64,000 bases of DNA from Plasmodiophora brassicae (GCA_036867785.1 CP145419.1:1116001-1180000), one strand, 5' to 3'; shown: positions 10,116 through 21,840, numbered from the stretch's first letter. The notes: a model not told the origin generated them from the letters alone. Numbers and translations: made by a program.

Positions 10116-10198
10116 ACTGCTTCGGGCATCTCGGGCAGCTGAACCGCCGCTGCCCGTTGCGCTGGCGCCAATGCACCTTGTGGGTGTAGGCGCACGTG
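10114..10198 (-). pseudogene. C2H2 zinc-finger fragment paralogous to 5877-5961, truncated at the LINE junction
   Basis: Translates TCAYTHKVHWRQRNGQRRFSCPRCPKQY versus TWAYTLKGH*RQRNAQRPYNCPSCPKQY at 5878-5961. Confidence 0.75.
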
Positions 10199-10408
10199 TC
10201 CTGCAGGACGGGGTCATCGACGCGCCCAAGTTTCGCATCATCGAGTCCGTGCGCAACCTGCTTCTATTACGGCTGGTTGAAACCCAGGGACATGCCATAC
10301 GGCCGCCTGACACACACGGAAACAGTCCAACGCCTGTCACGGCGATACCACAGATGTGTATAGTGGAACCGCACCATGACAAGAGCCGTCCCGGATCGTT
10401 GTACGAGT

Positions 10409-10556
10409 ATGTGCCACGTAACCACGACGCCGTAACGTTGTGACACCGCTACACTGGGAGCTGCACATATGCCATGTAACCACGACGCGGTAACGTTGTG
10501 ACACCGCTACACTGGGAGCTGCACATGTGCCCATGTAACCACGACGCGGTAACGTT
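10409..10556 (+). repeat. Tandem repeat, ~58-bp unit, ~2.5 copies
   Basis: Unit ATRTGCCAYGTAACCACGACGCSGTAACGTTGTGACACCGCTACACTGGGAGCTGCAC at 10409, 10467 and (partial) 10525. Confidence 0.9.
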
Positions 10557-10585
10557 TGCGTATGTGCGGTTCTGCACGGCGGGTT

Positions 10586-11267
10586 TTATGCGCCGGCGCC
10601 GTACCCGACCAGTTGGTCGTGCAGGAGGCTGGAGCCGATGCGGGCGGCGATATCGACCGCCGCCCGGCCTCTGCGGTCGCGGGCGTGGACGTCGGCGCCC
10701 TTCTTGCAGAGCAGGTCGACGACGGCGGGCTGGGTGGCCAGAACGGCGCACATCAGCGCGGTGAACCCGGACCCCGTCTGCTGGTTGACGCGGGCGCCGG
10801 ACGACAGCAGGTCTTCAATGAGCCGCAGGTTGCCCTTCATGGCAGCGTGCATCAACGGCGTGACGCCGTTCGCTTCGGGCAGGTTGACATCCGCGCCCGC
10901 CCGCAGCAGCGCGTCGACAGCCTGCGCGCTGTCCGTCATCAGCGCGTGGATCAGCGGTGTTCGACCTTTGAAACCCTAGCGCGATGTCGACGTCTGAATG
11001 GCCATCCCGTTGCGAAACGACCAGGCCCGATACCGATTGGTCGACCGGGACGTGTTGGCTCAGGAGAAAGGCGATCGCGGCCGCACTGTCGCCGCGGGCA
11101 GCGCCTACCAGCGGGAGGTTCTCCTGAGGGTCCGCCGACGGGTCGGGATCGTCGGCGAGGAGGCGTTTGAGGAGCGCCACGCGCCCGAACTCGGCGGCCT
11201 TCGAGGCAGGCAGCTGTGCGTCGACCTGCGCCTGCAGGTCAGCAGTGAACGCAGCGGCCTGCGCCAT
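10586..11267 (-). CDS. Ankyrin repeat protein (2 exons; intron 10976-11033)
   Basis: Ankyrin motifs GRTPLIHA, NGVTPLMHAA, SGFTALMCAV, RGRAAVDIAA. A phase-0 GT-AG intron of 58 nt joins the two ORFs in frame. Confidence 0.9.
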
Positions 11268-11495
11268 GATCGCGGGTCTCGCGACGGTGCACTGTCGGGA
11301 ATTTGGGGGGAGGAGGACGGGCACGTGCCTCAACCAGCGAGTCACGTGTGGTCGGGGCAAACGACAAGACCTGTCCGTTTAATAACGCCGACACGGGTAC
11401 TGACAGATTACTCATCATCAGCGCGGCAAGGCGGTCGATGGCGTGTTGTGTTTCTAACCAATAAATACAACTGGGATGCGTCCAGGAACGAGGCG

Positions 11496-14400
11496 TCACC
11501 TCTGCGGTCGCCGGGGAGACGGCGGCTGCGGCTGCAGCGGCATCAACGAATCGATGTTCACCGGGTCCACCATGTCGAAGCTCAATTCGGGCGCGAGCAC
11601 TGGACGAACACGCATCATCAGGGGACTGTGTGCAGCGGCTGGGGACGCGCGCGCAACGCGTCACCTTCACCGAATCGCAGGGCCCTCCTCCGTTGCAGAC
11701 GAACGTAGCCGACCTGGATCATACGGTACTGGGCCAGCGACGCCGATGCATAGACGTTGCAGGTCGGGTCGAACTTGTTGAGCCACTTCGGGTTAGATGG
11801 GTCGCCGATGAACTCATCGACGGCGGCGATCTTCGCCTCGGCGGCGGTCACGAGGTCGGCGTCGTCGGCGATCGAGTTCGGGCCCATTTTCGTGCGAATC
11901 AGGACACACGCATGGGGTTCAGGGCCTGCCTCTTCGGAACGCGCGTCCGTTCTCGACATGGCCTACGTGCCAATCTCAGCTCGACGCCAGTGAAACGAAC
12001 ACGCAGGGCGTTACCTCGGAGAGCTCGTTGTTTGCCTTCCGCTGGTGCCGCTTTGCCTCATGCTGGATCGCAGACACCGATTTCGTTAAGGAGACGACGC
12101 CTGGGTTCTCCTTGGTCGATTTTCGGCGGATCGAAGGGAGCGCCAGGGACGCAAGCGAGAGGGGCAGCGATTCGCGGCCGGATTCGATCATGTTAGAAAC
12201 GGACCCACCCAGCGCCGAAGACAACCATGAGAAGGACGACATCATGAAATTCGAACCCTGGCCAAGCCAGGTACCGGGACGGTTCGACGCCGATGTGACA
12301 CTGGCAGCATTGCTGGCCGTGCCTGAGCCAGCGGCAGCCAGTCCATTCGAGCTGGACGATCGTGACGGGCGCCGCGATCGCGACATGGACGGCATCTGTT
12401 GCGATTCCGGTACAGGTGGTGGCGCGCACAGCCCGCCCCGGTTGAACTTGTACACAACGATGTAGTGGAATCGTCGTCGGACCTGCAAACGAGCGGCAGA
12501 GGGTTACAGGACAGCGCGGCAGGACTGATTCGGCACAGACGAGGACGCACCTCTGAACACCAGTGCATAAACAGCTTGTTGAAGAATATGCCGACGAGCA
12601 TGTCGTGGCACAATTGCCTTCGGTGCTGCCCGACGAAACGCCCGCAATTGGAGTAAACCAAAGTCAGGGTTTTGATCAGAACCTGAAAGTGTTCGCTCGA
12701 GAGCAGCATCTCCAGGGCGCAGAGGAACTCGTCGTGGCAGAACGACCGAGGCAGCGGAACTGACAACGAGTTCCCCGCGTGCTGAGGAGAATCCCTGGCA
12801 CTGTAGTTGGAGCACGCCGCCGCCATCCAGGACCCAATGTGGTCCAAACACGAGTTGACCTGTAGCGCATTGTGACAACGCGGATCGGGAGGCGGGCGCA
12901 GCGTGGACCAACCTCGAATTTGTCGTGCAGAGGCGTCGCCCGAAGTAGCGCGCGAACCGCGAACTGACACACAGCGTGTGAGACCCGCGGTGGTGAGCAT
13001 CGCCGTCTCCGACAGGATTCGTTTACCTGTAGGACATCCGGGTTTCGCAGGTATTGCGTCATGCACCGACGGATCTTCATTCCTCACTTGAATCAGTCGC
13101 TTAAGAATGCAGCCCCACCGAGGATCATGCATACCTTGCTCGTGTATGAGAGCGGGCGCAGGCCTTGAAGCTTTCGAATAGCGGCGCTCGTCAGTGGCCA
13201 CAGACCCGGGACACACGACCTGCGCGTCTGATCAGCAAACCCTGCAGGCACGTCATACAAACCAGGCAACCATTGTATAGAGCCATGCGCCACGTCGGTC
13301 ACATGGGCGACAACGCCAGCAACAAAGGCGTGCAGCGTCTCGGGATCAGTGCCGAGCAGATTTCGGAAATCGGCGAACGCGTTCACGAGCTCGGCGGACT
13401 CGTTTTCAAACCCAATCTATCGTCCGCACGCGTCCGTAAGCAGAAGCCGTTTGCCAGAGGGGGAGCCCAGCTACCCGTACCTGCTGTCGACATTCGTCAA
13501 GAAATATCCACTCGTCGCTGTTGCTGGGCTGGGACGCCACGCTGATGTTCACCCAGTTGAACAGTGACGGGTTGAACTTGAAGAACTGGGCCTGCCGCAC
13601 CCAGTGAGCATCGCGAATGGGCGCACACACGGCCGCCCAATGCGGTACAACCTGATCCGACAGACCCGACTTGAAGGCGTCCGTCGTCTTCTGCGCAAAC
13701 GCTTCGATATCATCTGCACAGTGGCGCATCAGCAATGGCGTCCAGGTTGGATCCACAGCACACGACTGGCCCTGTATGTTATCCGATGGTCCGGTATCCG
13801 ATGGAAGCTCTTCAGGGGCACTGGTGAACACAATCTCGCGCTGAGTCGGCCGTGCGAACACAGGACACAACGCGACGGGACTGACGGCGCATCGGAACCA
13901 TCGCACGCGTCGAGAAGCGGGGCACACAGGGACGGTAAACGAAAGAACGACAGAGCAGCCATGACGCTGGGGATCCACATGACACTCAGCTACACCGGCG
14001 GGCGCGCTCTTCCAGTTGGACAGACATTCGAAGGGCAGGTTGCGTATCCATTTGGCAGACGCAGACGGCTGTCCGCGCCAGCAGGCAGTGGTACGCCCGC
14101 GCCAGGCACTGCGACGGCCCCGAATTCTCCTCCATGTACAGTGGATCGCCAATCGTGAGCCCCGACGCGGCACCATCAACTGTGTACCACCAGCACGTTC
14201 AGTGTGCGATGAGCCCGCGCCGAACGACCGCATACCGGGGGACCCACGTCGCCAGGCGGAATGCATGTGAATGAGGTCGAATTCGTAACGCTGCGCAAGC
14301 GCCAGCACCAACGACGCGTACTTCATCGTGCATTCCCCGTCGTCCTTGACGAGGATCCGCTTCCAGACCCGCAACAGCAGCAGCTTGCCCTGGCGGAACT

Positions 14401-14801
14401 CGGCGGCCGACGAATAGACGAAACAGTCGGCGCGCAGGTGCGAATCGAGCACGTGCAGCAGCTTGTGCAACTGCTGCGGGCTGTTGGACGGCGACAGCGT
14501 GTGCTTCAGGCGCTGATGGACCCAGGGCGTGAACGGCAGCAGGTTCAGCGGGCGAAGGCGTCGCGGGATCGCAGCTGACGAACGCGCACGCATATTAGAC
14601 GCAGGACAACCACCCCCTGGGAACCACGACGGGCGGCGTACATCGAACACTGTTCGGGGACGTCGCCGCGCTCTGCGTCGACGCCGACGTGGACGACAGC
14701 ACCGAGTCCGTGCACGACTCGGTGCCGTCGTCAAAGTACTCGCTGTCGCGGTCGCCGTCGCTGACGCTGATGCTCGACAGGCTCCGCGACAGCGTCGACA
14801 T
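11496..14801 (-). CDS. DUF1765/UPF0592-like protein, multi-exon
   Basis: Segment FCHDEFLCALEMLLSSEHFQVLIKTLTLVYSN...FFNKLFMHWCSEVR/RRFHYIVVYK and C-terminal VYASASLAQY resemble recalled DUF1765 family features. Ser-rich N-terminus. Exon boundaries are approximate. Confidence 0.6.
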
Positions 14802-14935
14802 GGGCGTGCGCGCGCGCCCCCCGGCAGTGTTAACGCGGATCGTCGACTCCCGTTCGGCGGCGGCGGCGGCGGCACGGACGTTCGTCGATTTTGTCAAAAC
14901 GCGGCTCAGCGTAAGGCGAAAAGCGCGCGCGATCG

Positions 14936-15397
14936 ATGTCCGTGGCGGGTGGCGATGACGACGTCGTCGGTGCTGCGGGCGACAACGCCACGTGGCGCTG
15001 CGATCGGTGCGGCGTCAGCACGCCGATGAGCGACCGGGTCGCCCACCTGTCGTCGATCTCGCATCAGCTGTCGGGGAGTGCGGCGGCCCCGCCCGCGTCG
15101 CTCGGCATCCCGATGACGAACCGCGGGTACCAGATGCTGGTCCAGCTCGGATGGGACGAGGCCAGCGGCCTGGGCGCCAACCAGGACGGCATGCTGCAAC
15201 CCGTCGCCACGGAACGCCGGGATCGGTCCGGCCTCGGCGCCAGGCGCTTCCCGCGACGCATCACGCACGTGGAACGAACCCCGCCGGCCAGTAACATCCC
15301 CGCCGCTGTTCGACGAGCACGACGCCGAGAGGCGCAGAAGCGCCTCGATGAAATCGGTCAACGTCTCGACCGCGCCATACGAGAATCGCTTCGGTAA
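14936..15397 (+). CDS. G-patch domain protein with N-terminal zinc-finger-like motif (resembles the GPANK1 C-terminal region)
   Basis: CDRC...HLSSISH zinc motif; G-patch NRGYQMLVQLGWDEASGLGANQDGMLQPV...RSGLG. Confidence 0.85.
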   Translation: MSVAGGDDDVVGAAGDNATWRCDRCGVSTPMSDRVAHLSSISHQLSGSAAAPPASLGIPMTNRGYQMLVQLGWDEASGLGANQDGMLQPVATERRDRSGLGARRFPRRITHVERTPPASNIPAAVRRARRREAQKRLDEIGQRLDRAIRESLR

Positions 15398-15602
15398 TCG
15401 CGCCTCGCGCCGTCGTACCTACCTACGCGGCACCCGCGCCCAAGGCCGGATCGTGATCGAGACCGGGAACCCAGAGCGGGAAGCCGTGTTCCAAATTCGT
15501 CCACTGTAACGTCGACGCGCACGCCGAATGATCGCTCTGCAGTTGCCAGTGGGCTTTACATGTTACAGTATAGTAAACTGCGCGCCGTTGCGCGTTCCCC
15601 GC

Positions 15603-18600
15603 TCACGACGCCGTCCCGCACAGCATCAGCGTGAGCTTGCTCTTCGGGCGCTGCAGCCGCCACCCGTGGTACAGGACGGGCTCGAGGACGCGGAACTCGA
15701 CGGTCAGGTCGTCCTTGGACGACGTCGCGCTGGGCGCCGCCGCCGCCGCCCGCCGCTTGCCCGTCGACTTGTTCCTCAGCATGATGCGGGCGGCGTCGTC
15801 GACCGACTGCCGCGCCGCGCACCGCTTGTGCGGCAGGCCGAGCGTCAGCAGGCTGGGGGCGCGGGGCATCCACCCGGACGAGTTCGCCACGCGATGGTGC
15901 GTCCTGTGCGGGCAGCGCTCGTCGAACACGCGCACCTGCAGGCCTCGTCGCATGTGCTTCTGCAGCGTTGCCGACAGGCGCGTGTCGCAGAACGCGCACG
16001 GGATGGCGTTGTCCGCCGACAGCAGCGTCGGCGGCGGGCCGCTCTTCCTCGCGGCCGCCTCTTTCTGCGCCCGCTCCTGGCGCCTCCGCGCGTGTTCCAC
16101 CTTCAACGCGGCCGCCTTCTCCTTCGACCCCAACCGGGACGACCTGTCGACCAGGAACGCGAGCAGCGCCCCAGGGGTACCCGGTCGCCGGACGACGAGC
16201 GCCGGGGCAGTCAGCTGCCCGAGCGTGAACCCGGCGAACGCGGCACGGACCAGCGCCGACCCGTCGTCCGCCGACACCGCGTAATGCCGCCCTGGGATCG
16301 CCACGCGCTTCACGACCATCGTCGTCCAGGCGGTCGTGTACCAGTCGGGCGACGGCGCCGCCGCCGACGGCGACGTCCGCGCCGCGTACGCCGACGACCG
16401 GCGCCGTCCGTGATTCGGACGACGGTCCAGGTCCTGCAACACCGACGTCATCTGCCTGGCGGGGACGCTCACCAGGCCTGTCGTCGGCGGCGGCGCCGTC
16501 TTGCCGGCCCCCGCCAGATGGTACAGCAGCGTCGGCGTCGGGTATCGCAGCGCCCTGCCGATGCGGACCTCGGTGTCGTGTGCCCTGTTCGAGGCAGTGT
16601 GCGGTCAGCGAGCCGCGCGCGGGGGGTACACAACCGCGCGTGCTTCGTACATTCGCGAGTCGCCCGGCGTCGTGCCGACCGCCAGCAACGACGCCAGTGC
16701 GGGGACCGTGATCTCGACGTGGGCGTCGCGCAGGACGCGGACCAGGCCGACGTGGACGAGGTCGGTCAGGTCGCGCCAGAGCGCCGTCGGGTTCGCGCAG
16801 CGCATCGCCAGGCTGGCGAACGGCGCCGACGACCCGAGCACGGCGATCGTCGTGACGATGCCGCGCGACGACGCCGACAGCGACGTGATCGCCTTGTGCG
16901 CGAGCCTCAGGAACAGGGACGGGTCGGCGACGTCGTCGGCGTCGTCGAGGAACGACGCGCATAGGTGCGCGAACGCGGCTGGCGACGCGGCCGACCTGGC
17001 CGCCGCCACGATGGATTCGGCGCGGGGCGAGCCCTCGCACGACCTGCGAAGCTCGTCGTCGGACGGGTCGGCCCGGTGACGGACGGCGCCCGCATCGCGG
17101 TACACGTCCGCGATCAGCGTCTGGGCGGCGACCGCGTCCCCATGGTCGACGTCGACGCCGAGGACGGTCTGGATCTCGAACGGCATCGCCGTGTTCGGGG
17201 CGTCCAGCTCCCGCGCCGACGTGACGGCAATGACCAGCGGGATCGACGACGACGTCAGCGCCCGGCAGACGAGCAACGACGCCGCGTCCAGCCCGTTCGG
17301 GGCGTCGATCGTGAGGAAGAACCCGGGCGAGGTCAGCGCGCGCACGAGGTCCTCGACGAGGGCGATCAGCGCTGCGGCGGCCGACGCCGATCCTCGTCGT
17401 TTCACCGACGAACTCGCCTCGATGTCGACGTCGAGCAGCTCTGCGCACGAGATATGGGTCGCGAGGGGCGCCGCGCGCGGTCTGAGTGTCGACGTACCGT
17501 TCAGCAGGGCGGCGTCGCCGTACGACAACGGGCACAGGTCGGCGCAGAGCGCGTCGACGATATCGGTGCTGGCGGGTCGCGACACATCCGGGGCGAACTT
17601 CGGGTTCCGCATCCGCACGAGGACGCGCACGACGGCGCGCCAGGCCGCCAGCGGCGCCCAGGATTCCTGCGGCGGAACGTGCACCGTTATCGGCGTCAGC
17701 CCCAGTCGCCGGCACGCCTCTCTGCTGCACCGCTCCGCCCGCTCTCGGCGATCATCCCCGATCTAGACCCGAACGCGTTAGTTGAGCAGATCGGCGGACA
17801 GGCGACGCACCAGGAATCGGATGCCAGAGCCGGCCGCTTGCGACGGGCACAGGGCGTCATCGTCGGGCGATGCCGCGCGCGCCTCCACCCGGTACGTGTC
17901 GTCGTCAATCGCCGTCAGTTCGACGACGTCGCCAAGGCGTTCCCGAACGCGGTGCACGCCTGGCCCGCTGAGCAACACGACCCGCGTTGGCGTCGTCGTG
18001 GCCAGCGCGCGCGTCAGCATGCGCACGACGCTGACGACAGGGTCGCCGTGTACGACGACGTCGCGCCTGGCGTCGCTCCCGACGCTGCCGCAGCGAACCT
18101 CGCCGCATTCCACAGCGATCCCGCGAACGCCCTCCAGTCCCGACAGCGCCTGCGCCAGCGCGATCGCTCCCCGGGCGCATCCCTCGTCGCTGGGCATCGC
18201 GTGCGGCGGCAACCCGATCCCTGACCTGCGTTCAGCGAGAGGCGGGGCGCAGGCCAGGACGCGCCGTACCGATGAGGACGAGGACCCCGTCGTGGTCGGG
18301 CTCGACGGCGAAGATGACCGGGGCGACGGTCGCCTGTTCGCCCATGACGACCTGCATGGCGGACAACGTGGCGTGCACCTTCTGGTCGCCGCTGCCGCCC
18401 GCCCTCTGCCCGACGGACGCGGCGACGGCCAGCACGGCCGCATGGGGCACGACTCGGCCCTGCCACCAGCGGCCCGACAGCGCGTCGATCTGGGCCAGCG
18501 GGCTCGTGTACCGGAGCAGGAGCGCTTCGAGGCGGGCGTCAGGTCGGGAGCGCCGCGTCATCGCCGCGTCGTCCGGTTGCGGGAAGGGCGCCGCGCGCGT

Positions 18601-19314
18601 GTCCTTGTGGGTGACGACAGCGGCGAACAGCGGCGATGGGAACAGGGACGCGGGGCGTGCCGCCAGGTGCTGGCAGGCGAGCGTGCTCCGGGTCAGGGCG
18701 CGCGCCTGCTTCGTGAGGACGATGGCGCGCCTGCTATTGGCCGACACCGCACGTAGGGCGTACGCGGCCTGTAGGACGGCGTCGCCGCCGACGACGTGCT
18801 GGATCGGCTGTGGGTGCACGCCCGCGACGTGCAGGAAGTGCACGGATCCGACGCCGATCCCCGTCTGCACGTCCATGCTGGTCCCGCGCAAGGCCCAGCG
18901 AATGTCGGCGGCCGCTTTAACGGCCCGGAGGACCGTCGTGCCCGGCTGGTCGGCGTTGGACGGGCGTATCCAGGCGGCGACGTACAGCGACCCGCCTGAC
19001 TTCACGCGCAGCAGGTCCCCGCCGTTGCGGGCGACGATCGTGGCGATCGCCCCCGCCGTCGTCTTCATCAGCGTCTGGAACAAGGCGGCGTCGAGGTCGT
19101 CAGCGCTCCGCTGCATCCGCCCATGGAAGTCGTGGAGGACGTCGGCGAGGCCGGCAACGTGGACGTACGCGATAACGCCCTGCGAGACATGCGTCCGCGG
19201 CTCGAGGTCGGGGCCGACGCCCAGCGACTGCAGAACGGCATCGGGCACGTACGCCATCAGCGACGACGCCCAGGCGGACGACGACGACCCGTCATCGTCC
19301 TCGGCCGCTGCCAT
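15603..19314 (-). CDS. Soluble-adenylyl-cyclase (ADCY10)-like protein with two degenerate class III cyclase domains, multi-exon
   Basis: LMAYVPD leader; C1-like GVIAYVHVAGL, NGGDLLRV, GIGVGSVHFLHVAG...VVGGDAV; C2-like GIAVECGEVRCGSVGSDARRDVVVHGDPVVSVVRML; long helical C-terminal region. Confidence 0.7.
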
Positions 19315-19455
19315 GGCCTGCCCTGTTCACCTGCAACAACGGTATCGCCATGGACGCGTGCCAGGTCAGACAAGGAATCTTCGGACCCGGTTTCTGTATC
19401 GAGAGATGTGGAATCCATAAAGTGTCCCTGGGCCGTCCCAAGGACGGTGTCGAGG

Positions 19456-21162
19456 TCACAGGAGCGTGGCAAGCGCGTCGAGCACAGCCCTGACGAGGAG
19501 GAGAAACAGAACAACGGTGACGACGCGGTGGAACGGTGTGATCTCGTAGGCCGGGTAGGTGAGGCGTCCACCAGCATACCGAAGTAGCCCTTCGGTGTGT
19601 CGGGACTGGCCGTGCACGGCCGCCACGCGCATCGGCGTCATGCCGAACTTGTCGAGCGCGTTCACGTCAATCCGGTCTGCGTTCGTCAGCAACAAGACGG
19701 CGGACGCGTGACCAGCAGCAACGGCCACATGCAACGGCGTCCTCAGGTTGTTGTCGTAGGCGTTGACGTCGATCCCCCGTGCATTCAGCAGCCCAGATAT
19801 AGCATTGTCGGCATTCCTGCCTGCTGCCAAGTGCAGCGGCGTGCACATGTTCTTGTCGCAGGCGTTGACGTCGATCCCAGGTGCGCTGGTCAGCAGATCG
19901 ATTTCCTCGAAATCGACCGCCATGTGCAAGGGCGTCCTGTAGTCGTTGTCGCGCGCGTTGACGTCGCATCCGGATGCTTTCAGCAGCTCTGCGACGACTC
20001 GGTCGTTCCTCGCCTGCACCGCCCAGTGCAGGGGGGTCCGGTTATCGCTATCACCGGCATTGATCTCGATATCAGGTGCCTTCAGCAACACTTTGGTGAC
20101 ATTGCGAGATGCGGCAATCGCTGCCCTGTGCAACGGCGTCATCTGGAGGTCGTCGCGCGCGTTGACTTTGACCTTGTCGACAGCCAATAACGCCTCGACG
20201 ACACGAACGTGCCCAAGGGCAGACGCGACGTGCAACGGGGTCGTCCCTTGGAAGTCGGCTGCGCTGACTGCGATCCCAGGCGCCTTGGCCAACAGCTCCA
20301 CAACCCGGACATGTCCAGCAATAGCGGCCTTGTGCAGAGGCGTCATGGCCGTTCCGTCCACCAGGTAGACTCGGATGCCAGGAGCGCGCAGCAACGCCTC
20401 GACAACGCGAACGTGGCCATGCATGGCCGCCAGATGCAGAGGCGTCCGCCCGGAGGCGTCCCGCACGTGCAGGTCGATCCCGGGGAGGATTATCAGCACC
20501 TGAACGACCCGTTCCTCATCCTTTGTCGCGGCCCATTGCAGCAGGTTGTCGTCGGATTGACCCCATCGCCCCTCGTTGACGAGGCTGATGTTCCCTCCGT
20601 AGACAACGATCTCCCGGATCCTTGCAACAATTGCCCGGTCATCGGTCGTATTGGCAACGTGGTCAAGCCGGGCAAAGTTGGCGCAGTTGTCGACCACAGG
20701 GCGGAGCGCGCTGTTCGGGAGGGAACCGTTCCAGGCGATGACGTCGCTCCAGATGTCATACGCGACAGCGCCCATCAGCACCCTCATGTCAAGGTAGTCC
20801 ACAGCTGACAGGAGTTCGCATTTCGCTTCCAGCGCCATACCGGCGACCCAGTCACGTTGCCAGGTCTGCCGTACACTAATTACGCGCAGGGCGGTCGTGG
20901 CGGGGCAAGCGCACGACGAAATCAGAGCCGTCCTGTTGATGTAGTCGACAATGGGCACCAGCTGGGCATTGACGACGCGTTCCAGCGGGATGACGTCTAC
21001 AGCGGCGTCAGTACGATCGCCCGCTTCGGCGATCACGTCGTGCAGCACGCGCGACAGAGCGGCGGCGGCCGTGCTGTTGACGACGTGGTCGACGCCATCG
21101 CTGGATCGGAGCACGGCAGCGTCAAGAGCACCGGCCAGCAGGACGATGAACAACCACCACAT
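19456..21162 (-). CDS. Signal peptide + SKP1/BTB-like domain + ~9-10 ankyrin repeats + C-terminal hydrophobic helix
   Basis: MWWLFIVLLAGALDA signal; VLRSSDGVDHVV...LSRVLHDVI...IPLERV...ELLSAVDYLDM (SKP1-like); repeated TPLHxAA; C-terminal VVTVVLFLLLVRAVL. Intronless. Confidence 0.9.
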   Translation of the reverse strand: MWWLFIVLLAGALDAAVLRSSDGVDHVVNSTAAAALSRVLHDVIAEAGDRTDAAVDVIPLERVVNAQLVPIVDYINRTALISSCACPATTALRVISVRQTWQRDWVAGMALEAKCELLSAVDYLDMRVLMGAVAYDIWSDVIAWNGSLPNSALRPVVDNCANFARLDHVANTTDDRAIVARIREIVVYGGNISLVNEGRWGQSDDNLLQWAATKDEERVVQVLIILPGIDLHVRDASGRTPLHLAAMHGHVRVVEALLRAPGIRVYLVDGTAMTPLHKAAIAGHVRVVELLAKAPGIAVSAADFQGTTPLHVASALGHVRVVEALLAVDKVKVNARDDLQMTPLHRAAIAASRNVTKVLLKAPDIEINAGDSDNRTPLHWAVQARNDRVVAELLKASGCDVNARDNDYRTPLHMAVDFEEIDLLTSAPGIDVNACDKNMCTPLHLAAGRNADNAISGLLNARGIDVNAYDNNLRTPLHVAVAAGHASAVLLLTNADRIDVNALDKFGMTPMRVAAVHGQSRHTEGLLRYAGGRLTYPAYEITPFHRVVTVVLFLLLVRAVLDALATLL

Positions 21163-21840
21163 GGGCGGGGCGGCACCGCCGATGAACATGACGGCGCGTC
21201 ACGAAAAGTCAATGACGGACCGGCATCTCCACGGTCACTGTCACACTGCAGACCGCGCAACTGCACTGCGTGACTGCGATTCCATTTCGCACCGCACTCG
21301 GACTGCACCCGCTGTCTCGGACTGCGCGGCCGACTGCGACACAGGCGCTCCAGTGACGCCGGAAATTACTGCGCAGTGGAGTGCTTTAGTAGAACGAAGC
21401 GGATCCATTAGGGAGGTAAAATGGGGGACTGTAATGAGTATATAATTCAGGCTTAGGCGGCAAATGCGCACTCACACTATTTACAGAGGGCTGCCAGGCT
21501 ACCAGAGTTTGCAATCTTTCTGCTGAAAATGCAATTTGCGGCCGAAAATTGCGCATTCGATGGCAGCCAGACGCGCCCTACACAGTGCGCCAACCCAACT
21601 TGCGGAGTTCCTGCACTGCGGACCTGACCCGGCAAACGCGGTCAACGGCACTCTCCACGAGACACGGCTGGCGGCTGAAGGACGCAAACCATTGTGTAAG
21701 AGAGGAGCTGCCGTCGACAACGTCAGCGTTCGCGTCGCGTACCGAGCGAACACGTTTGATCACTTCGTTTCCGCACAGCATCCGAAGGCCGCCGGCGTTT
21801 AACCCGGTCCGCATCTACCTCGACCTGTCTTGATCGATCG

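Noticed and set aside
10409-10556. CRISPR-like array
   Set aside because: Units are contiguous near-identical repeats without unique spacers, there are no cas genes, and the context is eukaryotic.
11496-11959. Independent small gene
   Set aside because: Better explained as the terminal exons of the DUF1765-like gene.
15528-18756. Long Arg/Ala-rich ORFs (e.g. 15556-17730, 15528-16964, 16965-18224) as genes
   Set aside because: These are off-frame or antisense shadows of a GC-rich coding region, with no domain motifs.
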